DNA of 63,942 nucleotides, counting the filler, from Chiloscyllium plagiosum (taxonomy: Eukaryota): NCBI RefSeq assembly GCF_004010195.1. It is 5 parts of one record of this genome, joined end to end, with 100 filler letters (N's around TTAATTAATTAA, not from the genome) between each part and the next. Parts side by side here need not be neighbours in the genome. Positions count along the whole stretch, not along the records: positions 1 to 29,976 come from NC_057717.1; positions 30,077 to 52,097 come from NC_057717.1; 3 more parts are not named here. One strand, written 5' to 3'. How positions within the stretch are numbered: position 1 is the first letter of the stretch; each line of letters starts with the position of its first letter. Below the pieces are notes generated by a model that was given only the letters and a program-made list of their open reading frames with translations, had not been told where the DNA came from and ran no database searches. A program made the position numbers and the translations under genes. This document shows, piece after piece, positions 25,960-38,258 of this stretch.

Positions 25960-26233
25960 TGCTATTACGAGGGGGCACAGCTATAAATTAAGGGGTGGTT
26001 GGTATAGGATAGATGTTAGGGGTAGGTTCTTTACTCAGCGAGTCGTGAGCTCATGGAATGCCCTGCCAGTAGCAATGGTGGACTCTCCCTCTTTATGGGC
26101 ATTTAAGCGGGCATTGGATAGGCTTATGGAGGATAGTGGGCTAGTGTAGGCTAGGTGGGCTTGGATCGGCGCAACATCGAGGGCCAAAGGGCCTGCACTG
26201 CGCTGTATTCTTCGATGTTCTACGTTGTATGTA
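25960..26233 (+). mobile_element. Young CR1 3' end inserted in an older minus-strand CR1 (about 25860-27180)
   Basis: TRGHSYKL...FFTQRVVSSWNALP, 3' UTR and ttctatg-type tail. Confidence 0.9.
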
Positions 26234-26629
26234 TCTCATCAACTGGCTCTTGCTGACAGACTTCATATTGTTATCAGCAAGTTACTAATTATAATTGGAA
26301 AACGATATCATCTTTACACTGTCAAAATTGATCATCGGTTTAAGCATTCCAAATAGGCCACTTTTTAATGTTCTCTGCCTCAAGGAGAAAATGACTAATC
26401 ACTCTATCCTTTCATTGGATCCAGAATTCCTCCATAATTCTTCGAAAACTCCCTTTCACTCTCTCCTGGGCATTAAGATGTTCCATACTGAAGCTGCCCA
26501 CAGCTGAATATAAAACTCCAAATGCGTCTTCCAGATAGCTTTTCGAGGTCTGTCACCGCTTCATTGCTTTTATCTTCCACGCCTCTGTGTAAAAACCGTA
26601 GCATCCTATTCATTTTTCAATAACTGTTT

Positions 26630-26950
26630 CACAGTGCCTCACAGCACCAGGTACCCAGGTTCGATTCCAGCCTTTGGCGACTGTCTGTGTGGAGTTGGCA
26701 CATTCCCCTCCTGTCAACGTGGGCTCCCTCCATGTGCCCCGGTTTCCTCTCACAATCTAAAGATTAGGTGAATTAGCCATGTTAAAGTTTTCAGGGATGT
26801 TTAGATTAGGTGCATGACTCAGGAGTAAATATAAGATAATGGAGTAATGGGAATGGGTATGGGGGGATTTGTGTTCCGAGGGTCAGTGCGGACTAGTGGG
26901 GCTGAAAACCCTGTTTCCAAATTGTAGAGATTTCATGATATTCTATGATG
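26630..26950 (+). mobile_element. Diverged HE1 SINE
   Basis: tgcctcacagcaccagg, ggttcgattcc, ctgtgtggagtt core. Confidence 0.85.
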
Positions 26951-27756
26951 TTTCAACTTCCCTGGCAACCGTCTGAAATGCAAGCACATTAACCCTGAAG
27001 TCTCTCTGCTACTATACGTCCAGCGAAGTTGTATCATTCAGTCTGCATTGCCTCTCTGTTCTGCCTATCGAAAAGCATCGTCACCTGTACCTATTTATTG
27101 CAATTTATCTGCCAGGTGTCTGCCGATTCTGCCAACATACGAATATTCATTCGAAGATGATCAGTGTCATCCTCATTACTCACTATTCCACAAACCACCT
27201 TATCATTTGCGAATCCATATTCGAGTATTATCCTCTCTGTTGCGTTTAAGATTCTCTTCATGATTCTGACAGCTATTATCATCGTGGCATGCATCACATG
27301 TCATTCATTTCCATCCTTATTTTCTCATCAGGATCCTGAGTCATCCAGATTCCTACCATTTTGGATGCCTCAAATTTATTTCTGATGGGCATGCAGTAAG
27401 CATGCACACTATCCACTATATTTCAACTATATTATCCCATTTCTCATGCATTGTTCTTATCAACGTGCTCCAATTTAGATTTTAGACCCATAACATCGTT
27501 CATTTTCCAGATGCAATATTGATCATTGAGTGATGTTTATATACTTTGAACTGAATGTCGAAAATGATTAAGTTGTTATCGCTATTGCCTAACTGCTTCT
27601 CCACTCTGATGCTCCGCACTTGGCCTGTCTCAGTTTGTAGAATCAGATACAGTACTGCCCCGTTCTTTGTAGGACTAGAAATGCTCAGTTCTCGGAAGTT
27701 CTCCCGCGCACTTTACAGGATTTCACCCCTTCTGACAGCGCACACCCNNNNNNNNN

Positions 27757-28396
27757 CAGGAGCTGTTATGTTGTAGATGCGGTGCAGTCCCATTTGCATA
27801 TCATTTCCAGTCTGTCCCTCTACGACTCCACCATATCACAGGGAGCGAAGCCTCACCAATCTTGACCTGGTTCTCTCTATCCTTTCACCCAAATATGCAA
27901 CCACTCGTTCTAAATACAAACTCATCAGCTGGCCTCCACCTTGGAGGAGGGAACCAACGACCAGCTGAATGCCAAAACTGTTGGCATCCCCAATGTGACC
28001 CTGCAAAACTGGATGATCCAGGATTATCTGCTGTTCGAGAAAGTGGGCGCATGCACCCTCATCGTTTCCGATTGCTGCACTTACATACCCAACCCCAGTG
28101 AGGACGTCAGTAAGCCAGCCTGGCATATCCAAGGCGCTACCGCAGTACTGCTCAACCAAAAACCAAAATGGGACCTATGGAACTGGGCAACAACTGTGGC
28201 AGTTTTCCTGAGGCACAGCCTTGCTACAGGGATTCATATTAGTCATTACTATCATCGTCGATATCGCACTTCTTGCATGGCTATTAAAATGTGTTTAAAT
28301 CGCCAGCATTTGTGCTTCAAGGTGCTACCCCCGTCCCCTTACCATGCATCAATGAAGGCCCACTCGAACAATAACTTTGCAACCGACACGGAATAG
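27757..28396 (+). pseudogene. env: Endogenous retrovirus env remnant (SU C-terminus + gamma-type TM)
   Basis: HRER|S cleavage-like site (27837-27848), hydrophobic fusion-peptide-like LTNLDLVLSILSP, immunosuppressive domain LQNWMIQDYLLFEKVG (from 28001), CX6CC CTLIVSDCC (28052-28078), WDLWNW membrane-proximal region; frameshifted. Confidence 0.93.
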
Positions 28397-28518
28397 GCAG
28401 CTTTGGACTCGGACTCCAAATACTACCCAACTGATGCTGGCCCGACCGCGTCAGATAACCCCCTGGTTCTTGCGACACACACCCTTCACCTCAAACGCAG
28501 TTATCAGTAAAAACAAAT

Positions 28519-29243
28519 AAAGGAGGAATTGTCAGAGAAAAAAAAACTACTCTGCCTGCCCACTACTTGTTTGCAGAAGCCATGTCGGTTATCAACTAAA
28601 CACAACATACGCAAAATGCCTCAACTTAACCACAATCAGCAAAGTAACAAAACAGCAAAACAAGCCATTTTCTAAACACCTTCCAGATTCAATGAATACA
28701 CTCCTTAGATGATCTGACAACAGTATTCCTACCTCACAATAGCATCATCTCTATCGAAGTGATGCAAGGACATCTCCAGTCTCCTCAAGTACTGAACCAC
28801 ACAAAGCCTAACTAGACTGAGTGACACCTGATTCGACTGAAGATTGCACACCAACCTGCATAAGCATTGAAACGAGGATACTGGAGATGAGCACCTGCAC
28901 TAGACGAGGAACGGACACCCCTGTTACAATTACATTCATTTTTCCATTTAATACAATTTAATTCATATTGTCTTGGAATTAACAATGCACGACTGGAACA
29001 CGGATGTAACACTGTGCACACTACTTGTATCTACAACACGGGATAGAGAATCCTGGAATTCTCTGTGCAGTGTGTCCATGCTGTACCATTCCTTTCAATT
29101 TCTCTTTCCCATAATATCGTCAGAAATAAACCAGTATTCGTCTATTTCACAGATCTGTGTGTGACGTCTTTTTGTCATGGACGAGTCTCCACCAGTATTG
29201 CTTTGCCATACATAAAATACTCCGTTTACCAGTTTTTCTGTCA
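28519..29243 (+). mobile_element. ERV polypurine tract and 3' LTR
   Basis: PPT aaaggaggaa 28519-28528. LTR runs TGTCAGAGAAA (28530) to TTTTTCTGTCA (29243), an imperfect inverted repeat, with AATAAA at about 29125. Confidence 0.8.
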
Positions 29244-29858
29244 GTGCCAAGCAATAGATGAAATTACATATTCGCATTTGTCTGAACTGAATCTCATCGG
29301 GACACTCCCAGTCTACAGTCTGGCCAGCTTAACCTGTTTCCAGGAGTGTTTCTGCTTAGACTCTGTTCGATTAAGCCTTATTGTCCTAAACAACCCCATT
29401 GCATTTATTCAGTAACTATGCTGGTGTCAAAAAACACAGACTCTTCAAATTTTCTGTGCATTTGTCTACAACGTGGTTTGACAATAGATTTCATAGCAGA
29501 CAAGACAATTCATTCGGCACAAAGACAAATACGTTCCTTTGGAACAAACAAGCTCTGAAAATGATTGCTGGCAGCCTTTATTATAATGTTGGACATCAGC
29601 AGTACATGCAGATTATTGTCTTCTACAAGCTGGAGAGTGTACTCATTCTATCATTTACAGTGGCGATATGTATCAATCAGACAATGCCATTGGTTTTATA
29701 TGAAGCGATAGAAATGTGCAAAAATCGTTAGTATTTCATTTTTTTAAATTTGCAGCAGACAATATAAGCAATGTCCTTGAATGAGTCAGCATTAACAGAA
29801 ATAGTCCGGATTTCCATTCAGCTGGGATTGATGAAGCTCTGTCTTATCAGTTGGCTCG

Positions 29859-29958
29859 TTACACGACAGGGTACCGCACAAAACTGGCAATTTCACAGTG
29901 ATTCCCTCTATCCTTAGCAATTTTGATGTACCCGTCTTCACCCCAGTCTGTTCCCCAG
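29859..29958 (-). CDS. Last coding exon of a cathepsin L-subfamily (papain C1A) cysteine protease
   Basis: Acceptor ttcttattttccAG|C, then [32 protein letters not shown]. Matches the terminal exon of vertebrate CTSL/CTSS/CTSK, including the intron splitting the Ser codon of NSWG. AATAAA downstream (plus TTTATT 29577-29582). Upstream exons are cut off by the linker. Confidence 0.92.
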
Positions 29959-29976
29959 CTGGAAAATAAGAAAATC

Positions 29977-30076
29977 NNNNNNNNNNNNNNNNNNNNNNNN
30001 NNNNNNNNNNNNNNNNNNNNTTAATTAATTAANNNNNNNNNNNNNNNNNNNNNNNNNNNNNNNNNNNNNNNNNNNN
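29977..30076. other. Artificial contig-joining linker (44N-TTAATTAATTAA-44N)
   Basis: Identical 100-bp construct also at 52098-52197, 55887-55986 and 61009-61108; the 12-mer has stops in all six frames. Confidence 0.97.
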
Positions 30077-30278
30077 CTCTTTTCGCCCCCAACTTCCCCG
30101 TCCCGTGTTCTCCACCACACTTTGCGCCTCCTCTGCTCCCGCCAACTCCCACTTCTGTCCCGTCTTCTCTCCAACTCGTCTCTCCTCTCCCGTCCTCTTC
30201 CCCCTTCTCTTCGTATTTTCTCTCACCTTACCTCCCGCTAACCATTTTCTCAATACAGCTTCCATTTCCCAGAGTCTC

Positions 30279-30618
30279 GATTAGATTCGATTAGATTACT
30301 TACAGTGTGGAAACAGGCCCTTCGGCCCAACAAGTCCACATCACCCCGCCGAAGCGCAACCCACCCATACCCCTACATTCACCCCTTACCTAACACTACG
30401 GGCAATTTAGCATGGTCAATTCACCTGACCTGCACATCTTTGGAGTGTGGGAGGAAACCTGAGCACCCGGAGGAAACTCGAGCACCCGGAGGAAACCCAC
30501 ACAGACACGGGGAGAACGTGCAAACTCCACACAGTCAGTCGTCTGAGGCGGGAAGTGAATCCGGGTCTCTGGCGCTGTGAGGCAACAGTGCTAACCACTG
30601 TGCCACGGTGCCGCCCAC
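30279..30618 (-). mobile_element. HE1 SINE with an internal 19-bp duplication
   Basis: Reverse complement of the 4553-4861 type; gagcacccggaggaaac occurs twice (30461-30496). Confidence 0.95.
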
Positions 30619-30624
30619 CCATCA

Positions 30625-31015
30625 GTTTATCACTGACCCCTGTGAAGGAGACTCACGCCAATGTTCCTGTCAAACAAAATGTGGGCAGGGCAGCTTGTCA
30701 CCACTGTGTGCATCGATGTCAGTGGGGAGAGCAGAATCATAACACTGTGCCTTTATCACTGCCCCTGGTGAGTGTGGACTGAACCCATTGTATTAAAATT
30801 GCTGACCGGGGAGAGCAGACTCCTAGTGTCTGTTTCGCTGACCCCGGGGACACCAGGCTCGACCATCTGTGTGTGTATCACTGACCAAGGGGAGACAAGA
30901 CTGATCTCAATAAGTGTATAGGACACACTGCGGAGAGCAGACTGGCATGACTGTGTGTGAATTACTGACCCTGGGGTGGGCAGACTGATTCCATTGTGTC
31001 TGTATTACTGACCAG
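30625..31015. repeat. Degenerate minisatellite, about 40-45 bp unit
   Basis: Recurring core tgtgtgtatcactgacc..ggggagagcagactga, roughly 8 copies. Confidence 0.7.
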
Positions 31016-31050
31016 TTTCGTTTTCTGCTTTGCGATCAGTAACTTGCTGA

Positions 31051-31792
31051 TGTTTAGTAGGTTTTAATCACCGGCTGTTCCCCTGTTCTGACATCGATTT
31101 TATATTTAGGAAAATGAAATGAAGAAATTAGTAGACGGTGCTTTTGGACAAACGAATTTCTGCGTTTACTTAAACACAAACACGACATTATAATGCTAGA
31201 AAATAAGGAAAACTTAATAACCAGTGAAAATATAACACACAATGATAAAATGACAGTAATTAAACACACTATTAAAATGGAACACAGGTTAAATACTATT
31301 AGATGATAAACACAGTTTTCATCACAGAAACTTTAATCACGCTCGGTACCCTTGGAGTTCGCTGCTCTATCAGCAACCTACAAGATGTTTTGGAAAATCT
31401 GCTGTCTCCACAATTTTAAGTGGTGAGAATTCAACAGTTTGAAGTACAACTGAGTGTGGCCATTTGCTGTACACGTTACTTTGCTGAAGACTTCCGACGG
31501 GGTCGGCCTTCTTTCTGGGTTGAGTCTGCTGACGTGATAAAACACGTATTGAATTTATTAGATAAGTACACGGTTCTTCTTATTTTCTGCTGATTTTGTG
31601 CGCTGTGCTCTCACCTCACTTGGTACTTGGTTCAACCGTGTCTCATGTCTCTTCTTCCTCTACAGAAACAGCAGATCGAGCAGCTGTCACTGACAGAACT
31701 GATGTTCTGTTGGGTTGAACAAGACCGTGAGCTGCCCTACCATGAGATAGACTTCTGTTCGTGTCTCTTTGATGTTCTCTAGCTCCCTAACA
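31051..31792. mobile_element. Probable solo LTR
   Basis: TGTTTAG...CTAACA termini, about 740 bp non-coding; no TSD found. Confidence 0.45.
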
Positions 31793-32049
31793 CAATTGTG
31801 ATGGTTGACACACCCTGATGCCTGTAAAAGTTATTGATCACTTCCCAAACAAGCAAAGAGGGAGATGCCAGCTGAATTGCTCAAACACAGAATACCCTAT
31901 CAACGGCCCCACCCTCATGTACTCCCACTACTCTGTTGCGAGTTTGCGGCTGTTGCACAAAACAAGCGTGATGCAAGCAGAATCACGTTTTTAGTAAAGA
32001 ATGGTCTGAAAAGCGATTGCAATTACATCTCACAGAGCATCAGACAGAG

Positions 32050-33800
32050 CGTAGAACATAGAACAATGAAACACAGTACAGACCAGTCCACTCTCGATAG
32101 CGCACCGAATTTTTAGCCTACTCGAAGATCAAGCTAATCTACATCCCCTTCATTTTAACTACCATCCATGTGCCTATCCAAGAGTCACTTAAATGTCCCG
32201 AAAGTTTCTGACTCTACGACCAATGCTGCCAGTGCATTCCACTCACACTTCAGTCTCTGTGCAAAGAATCCACCTTTGACATCTCCCCAAACCTTCCTAC
32301 TATCACCGTAAATTTATGCCCCCTTATGATAGGCATTTCAGCCCTGGGAATAAGTTTGTGATGATTTACTGTATCTATGCCACACATCATCTTGTACACT
32401 TCCATCGCGTCACCTCTTATCCGCCTTCGCACCAATGAGAAAAGCTTTCGCTCCCTCAAACCTCCTTATTAAGACATGCCCACCAGTCCAGGAAGCATCC
32501 CGCTAAAACGTATCTGCACACTTTCCACGTCCTTCCGATAATGAGGCGATCAGAAATGAACAAAATATTCCAAGGGTGGTCCAACCAGAGCTCTATCGAG
32601 CTGCAATATATATATCCTCGGGGCCCTTGCACTCAATCCCCAAGCTGAGAGCTAACACTTCGTATGCCAGCTTCACAACTCTTGCAATTTCCGAAGCAAC
32701 GTTGAGGCATCTATGGATATCGATTCCAAACTCCTTATGCTCCTGCACGGTGCCAAGAATCCTGAATTTAACACTGCAAAATGTATTCAAATTCCAAAAT
32801 GAATCACTTCAACCTTTTCCAGGTTGAACTTCATCTACCACTTCTCTGCCTAGTTCTGCATCCTGTCAATGCCCCTATCCAAAATACAACAACACTCCAC
32901 ACTATCCAACACTCCACCAAACTTCGTGTCATCGGCAAACGTACTAAACGACTTTTCACTTCTTCATCCAAGTCATTTTTAAAAAGTCACACGGAGCAGA
33001 GGTCCAGGAATAGATCCCCACAGAATACCGTTATTCACTGAGATCCAGGCTTTTCACGTATTAATACCCTCTTTCTTCTACAGGCAAGCCGATTCTGCAT
33101 CCGGACAGCAAGAATTTTCTTTATCTCATGCCTCCTTACTTTATGAATGAGACTCTTGTGGGAAATCTTATCAAACGCCTTTCTAAAATTCATGTACCAT
33201 GAAGGATCAGTGCTCTGAAAGCTAGTATTTCCAAACAAACCTGTTGGAATATCATCTTTTGTGTTCGGCGTTTTTTTTTAAACACAATGCATGCATGTAC
33301 ACCAAATCCACCACTCGACCAACATCAATATTTTTTGTAACATCCTCAAAGAATTCTGTCAGGCTTGTAAGGCATGACTCGCCTCACAAAGCCATGCTCA
33401 CTGCCTCTACTTAAACTGTGGCTTTCCGAGTAATCATACATTCTGTCTCTTGAAAACTTCACCAACAATTTGCCCACCACAAATAGATGACTGACTGGTC
33501 TGCTAGTCCCATTTTTAAAGATTCTCCCATATTTTGTTCCTTGGAAAAGAGGAAAACAATTTCCACCCTCTAAACATCTGACCCTACTACACTGAACAGT
33601 GAAGACGCCAAGATGATCGCCAAAGGCGGAGACATCTCTTCCCTCACTTCCTGTAGAAACATTGGTAACATAACATCTGGCCCAGAGGGTTGAACTTTGC
33701 ATGCTTTCCAAAACCTTCACCATATCCTCCTCCTTAACATCAATCTGTTTTAACATACGATTGATTTACACTGTCTGCACAAAGTCAAGGTCCCTCTCAC
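32050..33800 (-). mobile_element. CR1 LINE 3' half (RT region)
   Basis: ORF fragments YMNFRKAFDKISH, RPVSHLFVVGKLL, LFSLVRRRIRGD; (agaacat)n tail at about 32053. Confidence 0.9.
33198..33293 (+). mobile_element. 96-bp Penelope-type terminal fragment with 7-bp TSD
   Basis: CATGTAC at 33191-33197 and 33294-33300; begins inside a truncated hammerhead ATGA-aggatcagtgctct-GAAA-gcta. Confidence 0.75.
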
Positions 33801-33808
33801 CAGACGCT

Positions 33809-36800
33809 CATAGAGTCATACAGTCATAGCACGGAAACAGACCCTTCGGTCTAACTTGTCCATACCGACCAGATATCGCAACCCAATCTAGTCCCACCTT
33901 CCGGAACCTTTTCGGATACATATCCAGATACATTCCTCTGGCAGCTCATTCCAAACACGTGATACTCTTTGAGTGAAATAGTTGCCTCTCAGGTCTCTTT
34001 TATGTCTTTTCCCTCTAAACCTAAACCTGTGCCCTCGAGTTCTGGACTCCCTCACTCCAGGGAAAAAGGTTTTGTTTGCTTATCGTATCGATGCATCTCA
34101 TGATTTTATAAACCTCTGCAAGGTCAAACCCTCAACCTCCGATGCTTCAGGGAAAACACCCCTAGTCTATTCAATCTCTCCCTGAAGGTAAAATCCTCCA
34201 TCCCTGACAAGATCCCTGAAAATCCTTTTCTGAACATTTTCAAAACACCTTTCCGATACGAAGGAGACTAGAATTCAATGCAATATTCCAACAGTGGCCT
34301 AACTAATGTCCTGTACAGCTGCAACATGACCTCACAACTCCTGTACTCAGTACACTGAGCAATAAAGGAAAGCATACTAAACATCTTGTTCATTACCCTA
34401 TCTATCAGCGACTCAATTTTCAAGGACATATCAACCTGCACTCCAGGGTCTCTTTGTTCAGCAACACTACCTAGCACCTTACCATTAAGTATATGTCCTG
34501 CTATAGTTTGCTTTCCCAAACTGCAACACCTCACATTTATCTGAATTAAACTCTATATGCCACTTCTCAGACCATGGGCCCAAATGACCAAGATTCCATA
34601 GTAATCTGAGGTAACCCTCTTCGCTGTCCACTGCATGTCCAATTTTGTTGTCATCAGCAAACTTACTTACTGCACCTCTTATGCTCACATACAAATCATT
34701 TATTTCTGATCCTCGTGGCACTCTATGGGTCACAGGCCTACAGTCTGAAAAACAACCCGCTATCACCATCCTCTGTCTTGTTTGAGCCAGTTCTGTATCC
34801 AAATGGCGAGCTCTCTCTGTAATCTATGAGATATAACCCTGCTCACCAGTCTCCCATGGGGAGCTTTGTCGAACGCCTTACTGAGGTCCATGTATATCAC
34901 ATCTACCGCTCTGCCCTCATTAATCCTCTTTGTTACTTGTTTGATAAAACTCAGTCAAGTTGGTGAGACATGATTTTCCGCGCATAAAGCCATGTTGGCA
35001 ATCACTAATCAGTCATTGACTTTCCAAATACATGTGCACCCTGTCTCTTAGGATTTCCTCCAACAATTTGCCCACCACCATCGTCAGGCTCACTCATCTA
35101 TAGTTCACTGGCTTGCCCTGACCAACTTTTTCAGACAGTGACATCATCTTCGCCAACTTCACTCTTCCAGCATCTCATCTGTGACTATCGATGATACAAA
35201 TATCGCAGTACGGGGCCCAGCAAACACTTTAGTAGCTTCCCACGGATATTTAGGATACAGCTGATCAAGTCCTGAGATCTTTCCAATTTCATGTTTTTCA
35301 AGACATCCAAAATTTCCTCCGCTGTAATATGGACATTTTTAAAGATGGCGCCATATATTTCCCTACCTTCTGATATCCTCCATGTCTTTTTCTATAGTAA
35401 ATACTGATGCAAAATATGCATTTCGTATCCATTTTGTGCGGCTCCACACAATGACCACCTTGTTGATCTTTGAGGGGCCCTATTCCATCCTTATTAACAC
35501 TTTTGTCCTTAATGTATTTGTAAAAAACACTTTGAATTCTCCTTAACTCTATTTGCCAAGGCTATCTCATGTCCCCGCTTTGCCCTCATGAATTCTCTCT
35601 TAATTGTACTCCTACCACCTTTATACTCTTTTAAGGATTCAATCGATCTATCCTGCCTTTTCCTGATATATGCTTTCTTCCTTTTCTTTACCAAAACTTT
35701 AATTTCTTCAGCCATCCAGCATTCCCCATGCCTTCCAGCCATTCCTATCACCCTAACAGGGAAATACTTCTTCTGGACTCTCGTTGTCTCATTTCCGAAA
35801 GCTTCCTATCTTCCAACCGTCACTTTACCTGCGAACATCTGCGCCCAATTAGCTTTAGAAAGTTCTTGCCTAATACCGTCCAAATTGGCCTTTCTCCAAT
35901 TTTGAACTTCAACTTTCAGATCTGGTCTATCCTTTTCCATTACTCTTTTAACACTAATAAAATTATCCTCACTGGCCCCAAAATACTCCGACATTGGCAC
36001 CTCAGCCTTATTTCCCAAGAGTACGTCAAATTTTGCACCTTCTCTCGTAGGAACTTCCACAGACTGAATCAGAACGTTTTCTTGTACACACTTAACCAAT
36101 TCCTCTACATCTGAACCCTTAAAACTATGGCTGTCCTAGTCTATGTTTAGAAAGTTAAAATCCCCGACCATAACCACTCTATTCTTACAGTTAACTAAGA
36201 TCTCCTTACAAATTTGTTTCTCAACTTCCCTCTGAATATTGGGGATGTATAATACAATCCCAATAAGGTGATGATCTCTTTCTTATTTCTCAGTTTCAAA
36301 TAACTTCCATGGACATATTTCCGGGAATATCTTCCCTAAGTACAGCTGTAATGCTATTCCTTACCAAAATCGCCTCTCCCCCTCCTCTCTTGACGCATTT
36401 CTGTCCTTCATGTAGCACTTGTATCCCAGAACATTAAGATTCCCGTTTTATCAATCCCTGAGCGACGTTTCTGTAATTGCTATGATATCCCAGTTCCATG
36501 TTCCTAACCATGCCCTGAGTTCATCTGCCTTCCTTGTTAGGCCTGTTGCATATAAATAAATGCAGTTTAATTTATCAGTCGTACCTCGTTCTCTGCTTTG
36601 TCCCTGCCTGCGCTGACTCAATTCTTTTCTCAACTGCACCAATCTCTGATTGATCTCCTTTCTCACTATCTCCCTGGGTCCCACACCACCACCTTACGAG
36701 TTTAAATCCTCCTGAGCAGCTCTCGCAAATCTCCTTGCCAGTATATCAGACCCCTTCTAATTTAGGTGCAATCCGTCCTTCTTGTACAGGTCACGTCAAC

Positions 36801-38258
36801 CCCAAAACAGCTTCCAATGGTGCAAAAATGTGAATTATTCTCCCGTATACCAGCTCCTCATCCATGCATTCATCTGCTGTATCCTCGTATTCCTGCTCTC
36901 ACGAGCTCGTAGCACCAGGAGTACTCCAGATGTTACTACTCCCGAGGACCTCCTTTTTTAATTCCTGCCTAAGTCGCTGCAATCTCCCTTCGGAATCTCA
37001 ACCTTTTCCCCTTCCTATGTCATTGGTTTCAATGTGTACATTGTGCTATTGCTGGTCCCTCTTCCCTTGAGAACATTTTGCAACCTCTCTGAGACATCGT
37101 TGATCTCGGCACCAAGGAAGCAACGCACCATTCTGATTTTTTCGGTGCTGGCCACCGAAACGTTTATCTATTTCTGGGACGAGAGAGTCCCCTGACACAA
37201 TCGATCACCTTGATTCCGACGATCCATTCATTACATTCGACCCAGTCTCAATACCAGAAACTTGGCTGTTCGTGATACGTATCCCTGAGGGACCATCACC
37301 CACTACGTTTTCCGAAACAGCTTATTTGTTTGAAATGTTGATAGCCACAGAAGACTCCTGCAATACCTGTCTACCTTTGTTATCTTTCCTGCAGCTAAAC
37401 CATCTCTGCGACTGCACCTGAGAATTCACCCTTCCTATAACTGCCATCCATCACATCCACTTGCTCTTGTGAATTCCTCATTGCCTCTACGTGCCTCTCC
37501 AACCGATCCATTCGATCTGATGGGATTCGCAACCAATGGCAGTTATTGCAGATATAATCCTCAGTAACCCTTAAATTTTCCCTAAACTCCCACATCCGGC
37601 AAGAAGAGCATATCACTCTACTTAGGGCCATTTTTGCTTCTATTAATCTACAGACCCAGAAAATAACACAGTCTTATTCCTTCACAAAACACTGCTCCAG
37701 GTTAAATTAAAAAGTATGGCTTATATTTAAAGTATAATCAAGAAACAAGGCTGAATAAAACATATAATCTAGAAAGAGCCCACTCTACTCACTACCGCTG
37801 ACTTATTTTAAGGCCGTGCTTAAAATCCACTTGTCTGCTTCTGTGCTGTGACCTTTCCCAAACAGGTTCCTTCAAGATCATTTGTGGATTTCACTTCTTA
37901 AAAATTTTTCTCAGACGCACTCCGATGTCCAGCGAATAATGAATTCAACAGCAGAGGCATTAACTGTTAACTCTGTCAGCAAAGTGGGTCTCTCTCTCTC
38001 TCTCTCTCCCTCTCTCTCTTTTCGCTGCATTGACCTCACTATGTGCTTTCTTTGTCTGTAGTTCTCCCTTTTAAAACTGCTGTTGTTTTGACTTTTTTTC
38101 TCTTCAGATTTCCAAAACAATACAAAAGCATATAAAACAGTAATTGCTACTCCTGCAATTTGCGGAAATCACCTCCAAGACCTGAAACACGTCAAAAATG
38201 GAGCAGCTGTTACAGTCAGAAAGTTTTCCCGTCGTCCATCTTGTATTACCCAGAATCC
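33809..38258 (-). mobile_element. Full-length inactivated CR1 LINE (5' UTR, ORF1 zinc finger/zipper + SGNH esterase, ORF2 EN-RT)
   Basis: ORF1 starts at 37631 (MALSRVICSSCRMWE..CNNC); EN NCIYLYATGL..DIIAITET; RT SKFADD; YRTLVRPLLEYC; (ctatgact)n tail; multiple stops and frameshifts. Confidence 0.96.

Noticed and set aside
30625..31015. Repeat-spacer appearance suggesting CRISPR
   Set aside because: The units are degenerate along their whole length, the context is vertebrate, and there are no cas genes.
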